A DNA stretch of 64,000 nucleotides from the NCBI GenBank assembly GCA_965202985.1, contig CBDBCF010000001.1, positions 2,688,001-2,752,000 on the forward strand, in the 5' to 3' direction. Both the position numbers and the translations under genes were made by a program. The stretch is from Longimicrobiales bacterium (GTDB lineage: Bacteria; Gemmatimonadota; Gemmatimonadetes; Longimicrobiales; Gaopeijiaceae). The notes under the pieces were generated by a model that saw nothing but the letters and a program-made list of their open reading frames with translations, did no database searches and had not been told where the DNA came from. Shown piece after piece: positions 9,894 through 19,885 of the stretch (within the stretch, counting starts at the first letter, position 1; each line of letters starts with the position of its first letter).

Positions 9894-11099
9894 ATGTTTG
9901 GAACGAAAGCCTCGGGTTCAGCGGCAGCAGGTCTCGCGCTCGTCCACGGTACGGGTCTCGCGCTGGCCGGCGTACTTTCCGCCCCCTCCCTTGCGGGCGC
10001 CCAAGCCTCTCAATGGCGCCTGGATGCTCCGCCGCTGGTCGAGGTCGGCAGGGGCGACGGCGTGTTGCTCCACAACGTTCGCGACGCCGACGTCTTGGCC
10101 GACGGAACGCTCCTCGTCGGAGACAACGGCAGCTCGAGCGTGCTGCGCGTCTCGCCCGCAGGCGAAGTGGTGGAATCACTGGGCCGACCCGGTTCCGGTC
10201 CTGGAGAGTTCGAGTTGATCTGGCGGGTGTTCGGCCTGGGCGACACCGTCGTTGCCTATGACTCGTCCCCGTTGCACCGCATCACGACCTGGATTCCCGG
10301 CGCCCCCAAGCCGGAAGTTCGCTCGTTGCCGGACCTGAACGGCTTCGCCACGGAGCTGGCGACGGTCCTGTCGGCCCGCGTGTGGCTCCTCACGTCGTTC
10401 GGGAACATGCCCCACGATCCCGACCAGAAGAGAGCGGGCTTGCGGGAGGTCTGGTCCGACATCTTCGTATTCGACGCCGCTTCGGGAGCGTCGAGGACCG
10501 CAGGCCGGCGCCTGATGGAGTACGACTACTTCGTCGTCGAGGTCCTTCCCAGTGGACACTTCGGGACCACGGCGTACCGCACGGACTTCCTGGGCAAGGC
10601 CCACCTGGCGTCGGCCGAGGGCCGCTGGCTGTTCGCGCCCATGAGCGACGCGGTGCTTGAAGTATGGGGACAGACCGGGGCGGCCCCCGAGCGCAAGGTG
10701 CAGCTGCCGATTGATCCGCGCCCGCACCCCCGGGACGTGGGGCGGGAGGTCCGGGACCGGTGGTTGTCGCGCGCCGGCGGGCCGAGCGCGGCTCGCATTC
10801 GCGGGATGTTCGACGACCTGTGGGACGGGAACGCGCCTGAGCAGGCGCCGGCGGTCGGCCAGGTCGTCGAGGTCGGTCGCGACGTGTGGCTTCGGCCCTT
10901 TGCCCTCGACGACGAGAGCGAGTCCGAGCCCGTCTCCTGGGTGGTCGTGGACCCGGTCGCGGGGGTTGTCCGCGCCACGGTCGAAGTGGCGCCCGACCTG
11001 GAGCTGCTTGGCGGCTCGGAGGACGCCGTGGCGGTGCTGGGCCGGACCGAGCTGGGCGAGCAGTTCGTCCAGGTGCGCCGGATCGCGCGGGACGATTGA
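9894..11099 (+). CDS. Secreted 6-bladed beta-propeller-like protein
   Basis: GGAGGGA RBS, signal-like N-terminus, GRPGSGPGEF motif, GDTVVAYD, VWLR and C-terminal ELGEQFVQVRR typical of this propeller family. Confidence 0.72.
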   Translation: MFGTKASGSAAAGLALVHGTGLALAGVLSAPSLAGAQASQWRLDAPPLVEVGRGDGVLLHNVRDADVLADGTLLVGDNGSSSVLRVSPAGEVVESLGRPGSGPGEFELIWRVFGLGDTVVAYDSSPLHRITTWIPGAPKPEVRSLPDLNGFATELATVLSARVWLLTSFGNMPHDPDQKRAGLREVWSDIFVFDAASGASRTAGRRLMEYDYFVVEVLPSGHFGTTAYRTDFLGKAHLASAEGRWLFAPMSDAVLEVWGQTGAAPERKVQLPIDPRPHPRDVGREVRDRWLSRAGGPSAARIRGMFDDLWDGNAPEQAPAVGQVVEVGRDVWLRPFALDDESESEPVSWVVVDPVAGVVRATVEVAPDLELLGGSEDAVAVLGRTELGEQFVQVRRIARDD

Positions 11100-11396
11100 C
11101 CCCGCGTACGGCGATGGGATGCGACTGGTGGCCCTCGGCTTGACCATGCCCCTGGGCTTGACCTGGACGCGACCCCCGGCTTGACGCTACATTCAATAGC
11201 TTAATCCGCCGGTGGCTCGACGGGGCGGAGCGGGCGGCCCGAAACCAACCGCGCCGTCCCTTCGTCTTTTCTAGCCCCGGGGAAAGCGCCGGCCAGGGAC
11301 CCCGCAGCGGGGGCGGTTCCGCGGGCCGGTCCAATCCACGTCAACCCGGCCTGCCCCGAGCGGCGGTGAAAGCCGCTTGGCCGGAACAACGAAGTC

Positions 11397-13478
11397 ATGG
11401 AGCGCCGCCCCCTTTCCGGCGGGCAGGCGAAGCACGCGATGAGCGAGAAGATCGAACCCCTAGCCGCGGATGTCGAGTCCGCGGGCGACGAGGAGGCTGC
11501 TCGCAGGACCAACGGGGGCCGCTTTCCACCCGGCGAACTGTCTCCCGAGCTGCTCCACGATCCTTACGGCGAAGAGGTCCTGGACATCAGCCGGGGCGAC
11601 TTCGAGGCCATGCTGGCCCAGCACCAGACCGCCAGCGGCGATTTCCGCGAAGGGGAGATCGTCAAGGCCAAGGTGCTTCGGGTCACCGACTCGGTCGTCA
11701 TCCTGGAGTTCGGCTTCAAGAGCGAGGGCGCGGTTCCCGTCGACGAGTTCAAGGACGCGGTCTCGATCGAGCCCGGCCAGGAGGTCGAGGTTCTCCTGGA
11801 GAGCTTGGAGGACGACGACGGCGTCGTCATTCTGTCCAAGAAGAAGGCGGACTTCCTGCGGGTCTGGGAGCTGATCCGCGACGCCTACGACAACGACCGC
11901 CCCGTCAAGGGCCTCCTGACCCGCAAGATCAAGGGCGGCGTGACGGTGGACATCATGGGCGTGGACGCCTTCCTGCCCGGCTCCCAGATCGCCCTGCGGC
12001 GCGTCGCGAACATCGAGGACCTGGTCGGCCAGACCTACGACCTCAAGATCATCAAGCTCAACAAGCGGCGCCGGAACATCGTCGTCTCCCGACGGGTCCT
12101 GCTGGAGCGGGAGCGGAAGAAGAAGCGCTCGCGCCTGGTCAAGGAGCTGCTGATCGGGCAGGTTCGAGAAGGCGTCGTCAAGAACATCACCGACTTCGGC
12201 GCCTTCATCGACCTGGGCGGCCTGGACGGCCTGCTCCACATCACCGACATGTCCTGGGGCCGAGTCGGGCACCCGTCCGAAGTGCTGGACATCGGCGACG
12301 CGATGGACGTCAAGGTCCTGGACATCGACTGGGACCGGGAACGCATCTCCCTGGGGCTCAAGCAGCTCCTGCCCTATCCGTGGACCGACATCACGGAGCG
12401 ATACCCCGTCGGCGCCCGCGTCAGGGGCAAGGTCGTGTCGATCACCAACTACGGCGCCTTCGTGGAGCTGCAGAAGGGCGTGGAGGGGCTGGTCCACATC
12501 TCGGAGATGTCGTGGACACGCAACGTGCGCCACCCGTCCAAGCTGGTCTCGATCGGCGACGTGATCGAGTCGGTGATCCTCAAGGTGGACTCCAAGGAAG
12601 AGAAGATCTCCCTGGGGATGAAGCAGATCCACGAGGACCCGTGGCTGGCCTTGCCCGTCAAGTACCCGTCCGGGACGCGGTTGGCCGGCACCGTGCGCAA
12701 CCTGACGACGTTCGGCGCGTTCGTGGAGATCGAGCCGGGCATCGACGGCTTGGTTCACGTGTCCGACATGAGCTGGACGAAGCGGGTCGAGCATCCGTCC
12801 GAAGTGGTGCGCAAGGGCGACGAGATCGAAGTCGTGATCTTGGACGTGGACGGCGACAACAAGCGGATCTCCCTGGGCGTCAAGCAGCTGCAGGACGACC
12901 CGTGGCCGGTGCTGGTCGCGCAGTTCGCCAAGGGGCACGAGCAGACCGGGACGGTGGTCCGGTTGCAGGACAACGGCGTGGTGATGGAGCTGGGCGACGA
13001 CGTGGAGGGGTTCGTGCCCGGGTCCCACACGGGCGTGGAGCCCGAGGGCCTGGAGTACCACTACCGACGCGGCGAGACGGTGCCGCTCCGGGTCGTTGCG
13101 TCCGACGCCGGCGATCGGCGCATCGTGCTGGAAGTGTTGGAGGTTCCGCCGCGGATGCAGAAGCCCGAGGAAGAGGAGAAGCCGGAGGACGGCGCGGAGG
13201 ACACGGAGGGTGCCGACGAGGCCCTCGAATCCAGTGCGTCGGAGGGCAAGGCGGACAAGGTCGGGACGGACGAGGCCGAGGCGGACGAGTCCGGCGAAGC
13301 CGGAACGGACGCCGGCGAGTCGGAATCCGAGGCCAGCGAATCGGAGCCCGCCGAGGAGGATTCCAAGGTTGGCGAGTCCGAGATCGAGGCCGGCGAATCC
13401 AACGCCGACCCGTCCGACGCCGAGGAGGGGGCCGACGCCGACTCCTCCGATGCCGGTGCTTCGGAGCCCGCCTCTTAG
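11397..13478 (+). CDS. rpsA: 30S ribosomal protein S1 with long acidic C-terminal tail
   Basis: Six S1 repeats (AFLPGSQI, GVVKNITDFGAFIDLGGLDGLLHITDMSWGRVGHPSE, etc.). Alternative start ATG 11439. Confidence 0.97.
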   Translation: MERRPLSGGQAKHAMSEKIEPLAADVESAGDEEAARRTNGGRFPPGELSPELLHDPYGEEVLDISRGDFEAMLAQHQTASGDFREGEIVKAKVLRVTDSVVILEFGFKSEGAVPVDEFKDAVSIEPGQEVEVLLESLEDDDGVVILSKKKADFLRVWELIRDAYDNDRPVKGLLTRKIKGGVTVDIMGVDAFLPGSQIALRRVANIEDLVGQTYDLKIIKLNKRRRNIVVSRRVLLERERKKKRSRLVKELLIGQVREGVVKNITDFGAFIDLGGLDGLLHITDMSWGRVGHPSEVLDIGDAMDVKVLDIDWDRERISLGLKQLLPYPWTDITERYPVGARVRGKVVSITNYGAFVELQKGVEGLVHISEMSWTRNVRHPSKLVSIGDVIESVILKVDSKEEKISLGMKQIHEDPWLALPVKYPSGTRLAGTVRNLTTFGAFVEIEPGIDGLVHVSDMSWTKRVEHPSEVVRKGDEIEVVILDVDGDNKRISLGVKQLQDDPWPVLVAQFAKGHEQTGTVVRLQDNGVVMELGDDVEGFVPGSHTGVEPEGLEYHYRRGETVPLRVVASDAGDRRIVLEVLEVPPRMQKPEEEEKPEDGAEDTEGADEALESSASEGKADKVGTDEAEADESGEAGTDAGESESEASESEPAEEDSKVGESEIEAGESNADPSDAEEGADADSSDAGASEPAS

Positions 13479-13482
13479 CGTC

Positions 13483-15060
13483 GTGAGCCGGAGGCTGCCG
13501 GTCCTTCTGTTGGCCGGCTCCGCCTTCGGTTGCGGGGCGGGGTCGGCGTTGCCCGGAGCGGGGTCTCCGGCCAGGCCGGCGACCCAACCGGGGGTTGGCG
13601 GCTCGTCTGCGCCGCCAGCCGCTGCGTATCGGCAAGCCGAGTTGTTGCTGCGCGAGGAGCACTTCGACTCGGCGGCGCTTGCGCTGCTGGACCTGCCGGC
13701 GGGACAAGATTTGGAGCGAGTGGTGGGCCAGATGGAAGTCGCGGCCTCGCGCCTAGGTCGGGAGGCGTTGACGGAGCTGGCAGCCCGAGCGAACAGCGCG
13801 GGGGACGATCCGCGCCTCGGTCCCGTCTTCGCGCAGTTGGCCTTGAGCTACGCCCTGGCGGGGCAGAGGGAGCGGGCGCAAGAGTTCGCGGCGCGGATCG
13901 GGCACGCGCACGGTCGGGGACGTTCCGGGCGGCTCGCGGCCGTGCTGCTGACCGGCGGAGTGCCCGCCGCCGCGCCCATTCCGGTGGCGGGAGCGGTCAT
14001 GCCGCTGTCGGGGTCGCCCGCCAACCGGGAGTACGCCCGTCTCTTCATGGAGGGGGTGGAGGTGGCGGCCGCTGCAGCGCGCCGAGGCGGTCTGCCGGTT
14101 GAGCTGATCGTGGAGGACAATCGGGGCACGGCTCACGGCAGCACCCAGGCGGCGGCGGCCCTGGCCGAGCGCGGCGCGGGCGTGGTCCTGGGACCCCTTC
14201 GGGACGCCAACCTGTCCGCGGCCGCCGGCGCCTTGCCGCCGGAAACGGTCCTGTTCTCTCCTACCGCCCGCGAGCCGGCCGTCGGTCGCGACGGCGTCTA
14301 CAGCTTGGCGGGCGGCGACCCGGGCGCGGCCCGGACCTTGGCCGCCGCCGTGTCCGACCTGGGCTTCTTGGACGCCGTTGTCGTGCATCCGCGCAGTCCG
14401 CAGCAGGCCATGGAGGCGGAGGCGTTCGCGCAGGCATTCTCGGAAGCGGGGGGCGCGGTGCGACACCGGCTCGAATACGAACCCGGGACGACCACGTTCG
14501 AGGACCCGCTGGGCGAGGCTGGCCTGCTCGACCCGGAGGTCCTCGTGGTCCTTGCGCCGCCTGCCGACTTGGAGCTCTTGGCCCCGCAGATCGCCTTCTT
14601 CGAACTCGACGAGACGGAGGTTCGGGTTGCGGGCGCCGCCGGTTGGACGACCCCGCGCGTCCTGGAGTCCGTTGCCCGTCGCCACACCGACAGCGTGGTC
14701 ACCGTGAGCCCGTCGCCCCCGTCCGCCACCGACGCCGACCCGGCCCGCGACTTCACGGAGGCCTACGAGCAGCACTTTCGCCGCACGCTCGCCAGTCCCG
14801 TGCCCGCCGTCGGCTACGACCTGTTTCGGATAGCGCTCGCCGCGTGGGCGGAGAGCTGGCGCACCGAGGTCCCGCCCGCCCAAGCCCTGGAAGCGATGGG
14901 ACCGATCGAGGGTGCCACGGGGATCTACTCGGTGGTGGACGGGCGCTTGGTCCGAGAGTTCTTTCCTGTGATGATCCTGGACGGCGCGCTCCAACCACTG
15001 GACTTGGGTGCGACCGCCGTTCCCGAGGACCCCTCCGGGCAGCGTCCCGGCGGCTCCTGA
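13483..15060 (+). CDS. Lipoprotein, penicillin-binding protein activator LpoA-like / periplasmic binding protein type 1 fold
   Basis: Lipobox-like LLLAGSAFGC; GAVMPLSG, VVLGPL, YEPGTTTF, LAPQIAFF, GYD, GATG motifs. Confidence 0.75.
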   Translation: MSRRLPVLLLAGSAFGCGAGSALPGAGSPARPATQPGVGGSSAPPAAAYRQAELLLREEHFDSAALALLDLPAGQDLERVVGQMEVAASRLGREALTELAARANSAGDDPRLGPVFAQLALSYALAGQRERAQEFAARIGHAHGRGRSGRLAAVLLTGGVPAAAPIPVAGAVMPLSGSPANREYARLFMEGVEVAAAAARRGGLPVELIVEDNRGTAHGSTQAAAALAERGAGVVLGPLRDANLSAAAGALPPETVLFSPTAREPAVGRDGVYSLAGGDPGAARTLAAAVSDLGFLDAVVVHPRSPQQAMEAEAFAQAFSEAGGAVRHRLEYEPGTTTFEDPLGEAGLLDPEVLVVLAPPADLELLAPQIAFFELDETEVRVAGAAGWTTPRVLESVARRHTDSVVTVSPSPPSATDADPARDFTEAYEQHFRRTLASPVPAVGYDLFRIALAAWAESWRTEVPPAQALEAMGPIEGATGIYSVVDGRLVREFFPVMILDGALQPLDLGATAVPEDPSGQRPGGS

Positions 15061-15087
15061 CGCTCGAGGGGCTCCGCCGCCCGGACC

Positions 15088-16638
15088 GTGTCCAACCAGG
15101 AAGCGCTGAAGCGGCTGGAGGCTCTTCGCCGGGAATCCGCGTTGGGCGGCGGCGAGGCCCGGCTCCGGGCGCAGCACGAGCGCGGCAAGCTGTCGGCCAG
15201 GGAGCGCCTGGACCTGCTGCTGGACCCCGAGTCCTTCGTGGAGATGGACCGCTTCGTCACGCACAGGTCTACCGAGTTCGGCCTGGAGTCGCAGAAGTAC
15301 CTGGGGGACGGCGTGGTCACGGGCTACGGGACGATCCGCGACCGCTTGGTGTACGTCTTCTCGCAGGACTTCACCGTCTTCGGCGGCTCGCTCAGCGAGG
15401 CTCACGCCGAGAAGATCGTGAAGGTCCAGGAGATGGCGTTGAAGAACGGCGCACCCGTCGTGGGGCTGAACGACTCGGGCGGGGCGCGGATCCAGGAAGG
15501 CGTCGTGTCGCTGGGCGGATACGCCGACATCTTCCTGCGGAACACCTTGGCGTCCGGCGTGGTCCCCCAGATCAGCGTGATCCTGGGGCCGTGCGCCGGC
15601 GGGGCCGTGTACTCCCCGGCGATCACCGACCTGGTCTACATGGTGCGCGGGACTAGCTTCATGTTCGTGACGGGACCCGGCGTCGTGAAGACGGTCACCC
15701 ACGAGGATGTGGACATGGAGGGGCTGGGCGGTGCCGACGTGCACGCGGAGACGTCGGGCGTGGCCCACTTCGCCCACGACACCGAGGCCGAGAGCCTGGC
15801 CGCGGTGCGGGAGCTGTTCCGCTACGTGCCCGGCAACAACGCGGAACGGCCGCCCCGCGGGACCGACGCCGACCCCCACGACCGTCGCGACCCGAAGCTC
15901 GCGACCGTGGTGCCCGACAACCCGAACCGCCCCTACGACATGCTGGACGTGATCCGGCGCGTGGTGGACGACGGGGCCTTCTACGAGGTCCACGCCGGCT
16001 TCGCGCGCAACCTGGTGACGGGCTTCGCGCACCTGGGCGGGCACTCGGTCGGGATCGTGGCCAACCAGCCGGCGGTGCTGGCGGGGGTGCTGGACATCGA
16101 TTCGTCCGACAAGGGGGCCAGGTTCGTGCGGTTCTGCGACGCCTTCAACGTGCCCTTGGTCGTCTTCGAGGACGTGCCCGGCTTCCTTCCGGGCGTGGGG
16201 CAGGAGCACGGCGGGATCATCCGCCACGGCGCCAAGCTGCTCTACGCCTTCTGCGAGGCCACCGTCCCCAAGGTCACCGTGATCACGCGGAAGGCGTACG
16301 GCGGCGCCTACGACGTCATGAACTCCAAGCACGTACGGGGCGACGTGAACCTGGCGTGGCCCTGGGCCGAGATCGCGGTGATGGGACCGAAAGGCGCCGT
16401 GGAGGTCCTGTTCCGCAAGGAGATCGCCGCCGCGGCCGACCCCGAGGCCGCCACCGAGGCCAAGATGGCCGAGTATCGGGAGAAGTTCGCCCACCCGTAC
16501 GTGGCCGCCGCCCGAGGCTACGTGGACGACGTGATCGACCCAAGGGACACGCGTCCGCGCCTGGTGTCGGCCCTGGACATGCTGGCCGCCAAGCGCGACT
16601 CGAACCCTCCTCGGAAGCACGGGAACATCCCCCTCTGA
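15088..16638 (+). CDS. pccB: Acyl-CoA (propionyl-CoA) carboxylase carboxyltransferase beta subunit
   Basis: [61 protein letters not shown]. Confidence 0.95.
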   Translation: MSNQEALKRLEALRRESALGGGEARLRAQHERGKLSARERLDLLLDPESFVEMDRFVTHRSTEFGLESQKYLGDGVVTGYGTIRDRLVYVFSQDFTVFGGSLSEAHAEKIVKVQEMALKNGAPVVGLNDSGGARIQEGVVSLGGYADIFLRNTLASGVVPQISVILGPCAGGAVYSPAITDLVYMVRGTSFMFVTGPGVVKTVTHEDVDMEGLGGADVHAETSGVAHFAHDTEAESLAAVRELFRYVPGNNAERPPRGTDADPHDRRDPKLATVVPDNPNRPYDMLDVIRRVVDDGAFYEVHAGFARNLVTGFAHLGGHSVGIVANQPAVLAGVLDIDSSDKGARFVRFCDAFNVPLVVFEDVPGFLPGVGQEHGGIIRHGAKLLYAFCEATVPKVTVITRKAYGGAYDVMNSKHVRGDVNLAWPWAEIAVMGPKGAVEVLFRKEIAAAADPEAATEAKMAEYREKFAHPYVAAARGYVDDVIDPRDTRPRLVSALDMLAAKRDSNPPRKHGNIPL

Positions 16639-16680
16639 CGCGAGCCCCAGCCGCTGGCCGGGGCAACCGGAGTTCGCTGG

Positions 16681-16717
16681 GCGGGCGTCCCATTGACCGA
16701 GCAAGCGGGACGCCCGC
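16681..16717. other. Intergenic 11-bp inverted repeat (hairpin)
   Basis: GCGGGCGTCCC (16681-16691) / GGGACGCCCGC (16707-16717); no U-tract. Confidence 0.5.
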
Positions 16718-16759
16718 AGCGGGGCTTTCCCGTTCCGGAAATCGAGCGAGGGAGGGACG

Positions 16760-17761
16760 ATGACGACGAGAAGCACGACGACGAAGGAATCGAGCGCGGC
16801 GACGCGCGGGGCGGCGACGGGCAGGGCGGTGGTGCTGGCGGTCTTGGCGGCGCTGGCGCCCGGAGCGGTCTGGCCCGGGCCTGCTTGGCACGGCGCGGCG
16901 ACCGCACAAGAAGCGGCCGACGAGGCGGACTGCGACTGCTCGCCGTTCGACTTGGCGTTCGGCGCGTGGCAGGTCCCGCCCCGGCCCATGCTGGGCGTGA
17001 CGCTGGACACGGAGTTGGACCGGCGGCTGGAGACGGTCGGCGCGCGGGTGGCGGACGTCTTGCGGGACGGCCCGGCGGACGAGGCCGGCATCCGGGAGGG
17101 GGACGTGATCGTCTCCGTGGACGGCCACGCCTTGTCGGACGCGCTGGACGACGCCCTGGAGCGGCGCTTCGACGACGACCGCTCGTTCCCTGCCCAGCGC
17201 TTGGTCGCCCTGGCTCGCGAACTGGACGAGGGCGAACCCGTGGAGGTGGTGGTGGAGCGGGACGGCGAGACGCGCGCCTTCACCGTGACGCCCAGAGAGG
17301 TCGCCGAGCGCGACTGGCCCCGCTCCGTCATCTTCCGGGGGCCGGGACCCCAGGCGATGCGCGAGTACCGCCTTCGGATGGGCGACATGGCCGAGCGCAT
17401 GCGGGACGTGAACGAGCACCTGCGCGAGATGGACCTGTCGGGACTGCGCGATCAGGCGCGGCGGCAGGGCCAAGTGTTCCGGCTGCGCGACGGTTCGGTG
17501 CGCGGGCTCGACTTGGTGGAGCTCAACGCGGGCTTGGGCGCCTACTTCGGCACCGAGTCCGGCGTGCTGGTGGCCGACGTGGACGACGATTCCGGGCTGG
17601 GGCTCCGGCCCGGGGACGTCGTGTCCGCAGTGGATGGGCGCGAGATCGAGGATGTGTCCGAGCTCCGGCGCGTCTTGCGGTCGTACCGGGAGGGCGAAGA
17701 GATCAAGTTCCGCATCTGGCGGGATGGCGCCGAGACCACGGTGACGGGTACCATCGAGTAG
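16760..17761 (+). CDS. Secreted protein with two PDZ domains
   Basis: Signal peptide; MLGVTL..GARVADVLRDGPADEAGIREGDVIVSVDG; second PDZ GVLVADV..GLRPGDVVSAVDGR; GGAGG RBS. Confidence 0.85.
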   Translation: MTTRSTTTKESSAATRGAATGRAVVLAVLAALAPGAVWPGPAWHGAATAQEAADEADCDCSPFDLAFGAWQVPPRPMLGVTLDTELDRRLETVGARVADVLRDGPADEAGIREGDVIVSVDGHALSDALDDALERRFDDDRSFPAQRLVALARELDEGEPVEVVVERDGETRAFTVTPREVAERDWPRSVIFRGPGPQAMREYRLRMGDMAERMRDVNEHLREMDLSGLRDQARRQGQVFRLRDGSVRGLDLVELNAGLGAYFGTESGVLVADVDDDSGLGLRPGDVVSAVDGREIEDVSELRRVLRSYREGEEIKFRIWRDGAETTVTGTIE

Positions 17762-17828
17762 ACTTGCGGGGCGCGGGGCGTTCTTCCCCCGTGTCCCCGC
17801 GCGTTCTTCTTGCCCCGGGAGGCGTCCG

Positions 17829-19313
17829 TTGATCGAATCCGTGCTGGTCGCCAACCGGGGCGAGATCGCCTTGCGGATCGTCCGAGGCGCGCGGGAGCTG
17901 GGGATCCGCACCGTGGCCGTGTATTCGGACGCCGACCGGACGGCCCCCCACGTGTTGCACGCCGACGAGGCGTACCGCCTGGGCGCCGCGCCGGCCGCCG
18001 AGAGCTACCTGAACGTGGGCAAGATCCTGCGGGTCGCGCGGCGCGCCCGCGCGGAGGCGGTTCACCCGGGGTACGGGTTTCTGGCCGAGCGGGGCGACTT
18101 TGCCGAGGCGGTGATGGGCGCGGGGCTGGTATTCGTAGGTCCGCCGGCCGCCGCCGTCCGGGCCATGGGCGACAAGACCGAGGCGCGGAGCCGCATGAAG
18201 GAGGCCGGCGTGCCCGTGGTCCCCGGCGCCGATGCGCCTCTGGATTCGTGGAGGGCGGCCGAGGAGGCGGCTGCGGAGGCCGGCTTTCCAGTAGTGCTGA
18301 AGGCCGCGGCCGGCGGGGGTGGGAAGGGGATGCGGGTCGTGGGTGCGCCCCGCGAAGTGCGAAGCGCGTTCGAGGCGGCGGTTCGCGAGGCCGAGTCCGC
18401 TTTCGGCGACGGGCGCGTGTACGTGGAACGCTTCTTGGAGCGGCCACGCCACATCGAGGTCCAGCTCTTCGCCGACCAGAAGGGCGGCGCCGTCCACCTC
18501 TTCGAGCGCGAGTGCTCCATCCAGCGGCGACACCAGAAGCTGCTCGAAGAGGCGCCTTCGCCGTTGCTGACGCCGGCGGAGCGGGCGCGGATGGGCGAAG
18601 CGGCGGTGCGGGCCGCGCGCGCGGTCGACTACGTGGGTGCCGGCACGGTCGAATTCCTCTGGCAGGACGGCGAGTTCTACTTCCTGGAGATGAACACGCG
18701 CCTTCAGGTGGAGCACCCGGTGACGGAGATGGTCGCGGGCGTGGACCTGGTCGAGTGGCAGTTCCGGGTAGCGTCGGGAGAAGCCCTTCCGCTGCGCCAG
18801 GAGGAGCTTGCCCTGCGCGGCCACGCGGTCGAGTGCCGCATCACGGCCGAGTCGCCCTTCGACGGCTTCTTGCCCGGTGCCGGAACCGTGACCGACTTGG
18901 TGCTGCCCGGCGGTCCCGGCGTGCGGTGGGACGGCGGCGTCGCGCAGGGAACGGAAGTCGGCCTGCACTACGATTCCCTGTTGGGCAAGCTGGTGACCCA
19001 CGGCAAGGACCGGGACGAAGCGGTGCGACGCATGAGCGGCGCGCTGCGGGAGCTGCGGATCGGCGGCGTGCCCACCTGCGCACCCCTGATGGCCCGCATC
19101 TTGCGCGAGCTGGACTTCCTGGCCGGGCGCCTCTCGACGGCGTACCTGGACGACCACCCCGAGCTCTTCGACGACGAGCTGCCGGAACGAGAGCGCCGGG
19201 CACTGGCCGCCGCTGCCGCGCTGTTGGAGCAGCGCCGCCGGGGCGAGCCCACGGTGCGGCGCATTCGGCGAGGGGGACGGTCCCTGCCCGAGTGGGTGCA
19301 AGCGGCTTCGTGA
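17829..19313 (+). CDS. accC: Biotin carboxylase subunit of acyl-CoA carboxylase
   Basis: LVANRGEIA, HPGYGFLAE, GGGGKGMR, ERECSIQRRHQK, FLEMNTRLQVEHPVTE, YDSLLGK. Confidence 0.95.
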   Translation: MIESVLVANRGEIALRIVRGARELGIRTVAVYSDADRTAPHVLHADEAYRLGAAPAAESYLNVGKILRVARRARAEAVHPGYGFLAERGDFAEAVMGAGLVFVGPPAAAVRAMGDKTEARSRMKEAGVPVVPGADAPLDSWRAAEEAAAEAGFPVVLKAAAGGGGKGMRVVGAPREVRSAFEAAVREAESAFGDGRVYVERFLERPRHIEVQLFADQKGGAVHLFERECSIQRRHQKLLEEAPSPLLTPAERARMGEAAVRAARAVDYVGAGTVEFLWQDGEFYFLEMNTRLQVEHPVTEMVAGVDLVEWQFRVASGEALPLRQEELALRGHAVECRITAESPFDGFLPGAGTVTDLVLPGGPGVRWDGGVAQGTEVGLHYDSLLGKLVTHGKDRDEAVRRMSGALRELRIGGVPTCAPLMARILRELDFLAGRLSTAYLDDHPELFDDELPERERRALAAAAALLEQRRRGEPTVRRIRRGGRSLPEWVQAAS

Positions 19314-19885
19314 ACGGCGCAGTCCGCTACGTCGTATCCGTGGCCGGCAAGGAGCACGCGGTCGTCGTGGATGCGGGGCGGGTCGCGGTGGACGGTCGGG
19401 AGTTCGAGGCGTCGCTGGCCGCTGTTGGTGCGACCCCCGACGCGGGCGCGACGCCGTCGGGCGGATCGACTTCCGGCAACTCGGCCGTCGGCGTCTCGCT
19501 GCTCTTGGACGGGGCGGCCCGAGGGCTCTTGGCGCGGGCGGTCTCGCCGGGCGTGTGGGAGTTGGAGTCGGAGGGAAGGACGTATAGCGCCGAGGTGCTG
19601 GACGAGCGCGCGGCGCGCGCTCGCGGGTTGTCGGGACCAGCGGGCGGGGCGGCGGCGGTGCCGGTGCTCAGGGCGCCGATGCCGGGGCTGGTGGTTCGCG
19701 TGGTCGTGGAAGAGGGCCAAGCAGTCGAGGCGGGGGCGCCCGTCGTGATCGTGGAGGCAATGAAGATGGAGAACGAACTGCAGGCGCCCGCCGCCGCCAA
19801 GGTGGCAAGGGTCTGCGTGGCCGCGGGGGACGCTGTGGAGAAGGGGCAGGTGCTGGTGGAGTTCGCCCCGCCCGAGGCGTCGTGA
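19310..19885 (+). CDS. Biotin carboxyl carrier protein
   Basis: [16 protein letters not shown] biotinyl motif; GTGA overlap with the upstream stop. Confidence 0.92.
   Translation: MNGAVRYVVSVAGKEHAVVVDAGRVAVDGREFEASLAAVGATPDAGATPSGGSTSGNSAVGVSLLLDGAARGLLARAVSPGVWELESEGRTYSAEVLDERAARARGLSGPAGGAAAVPVLRAPMPGLVVRVVVEEGQAVEAGAPVVIVEAMKMENELQAPAAAKVARVCVAAGDAVEKGQVLVEFAPPEAS

Noticed and set aside
6745..17400. Very long minus-strand ORFs (6745-10179, 13753-17400)
   Set aside because: Antisense to aroA/cmk, the LpoA-like gene and pccB; stop-codon scarcity at high GC explains them.
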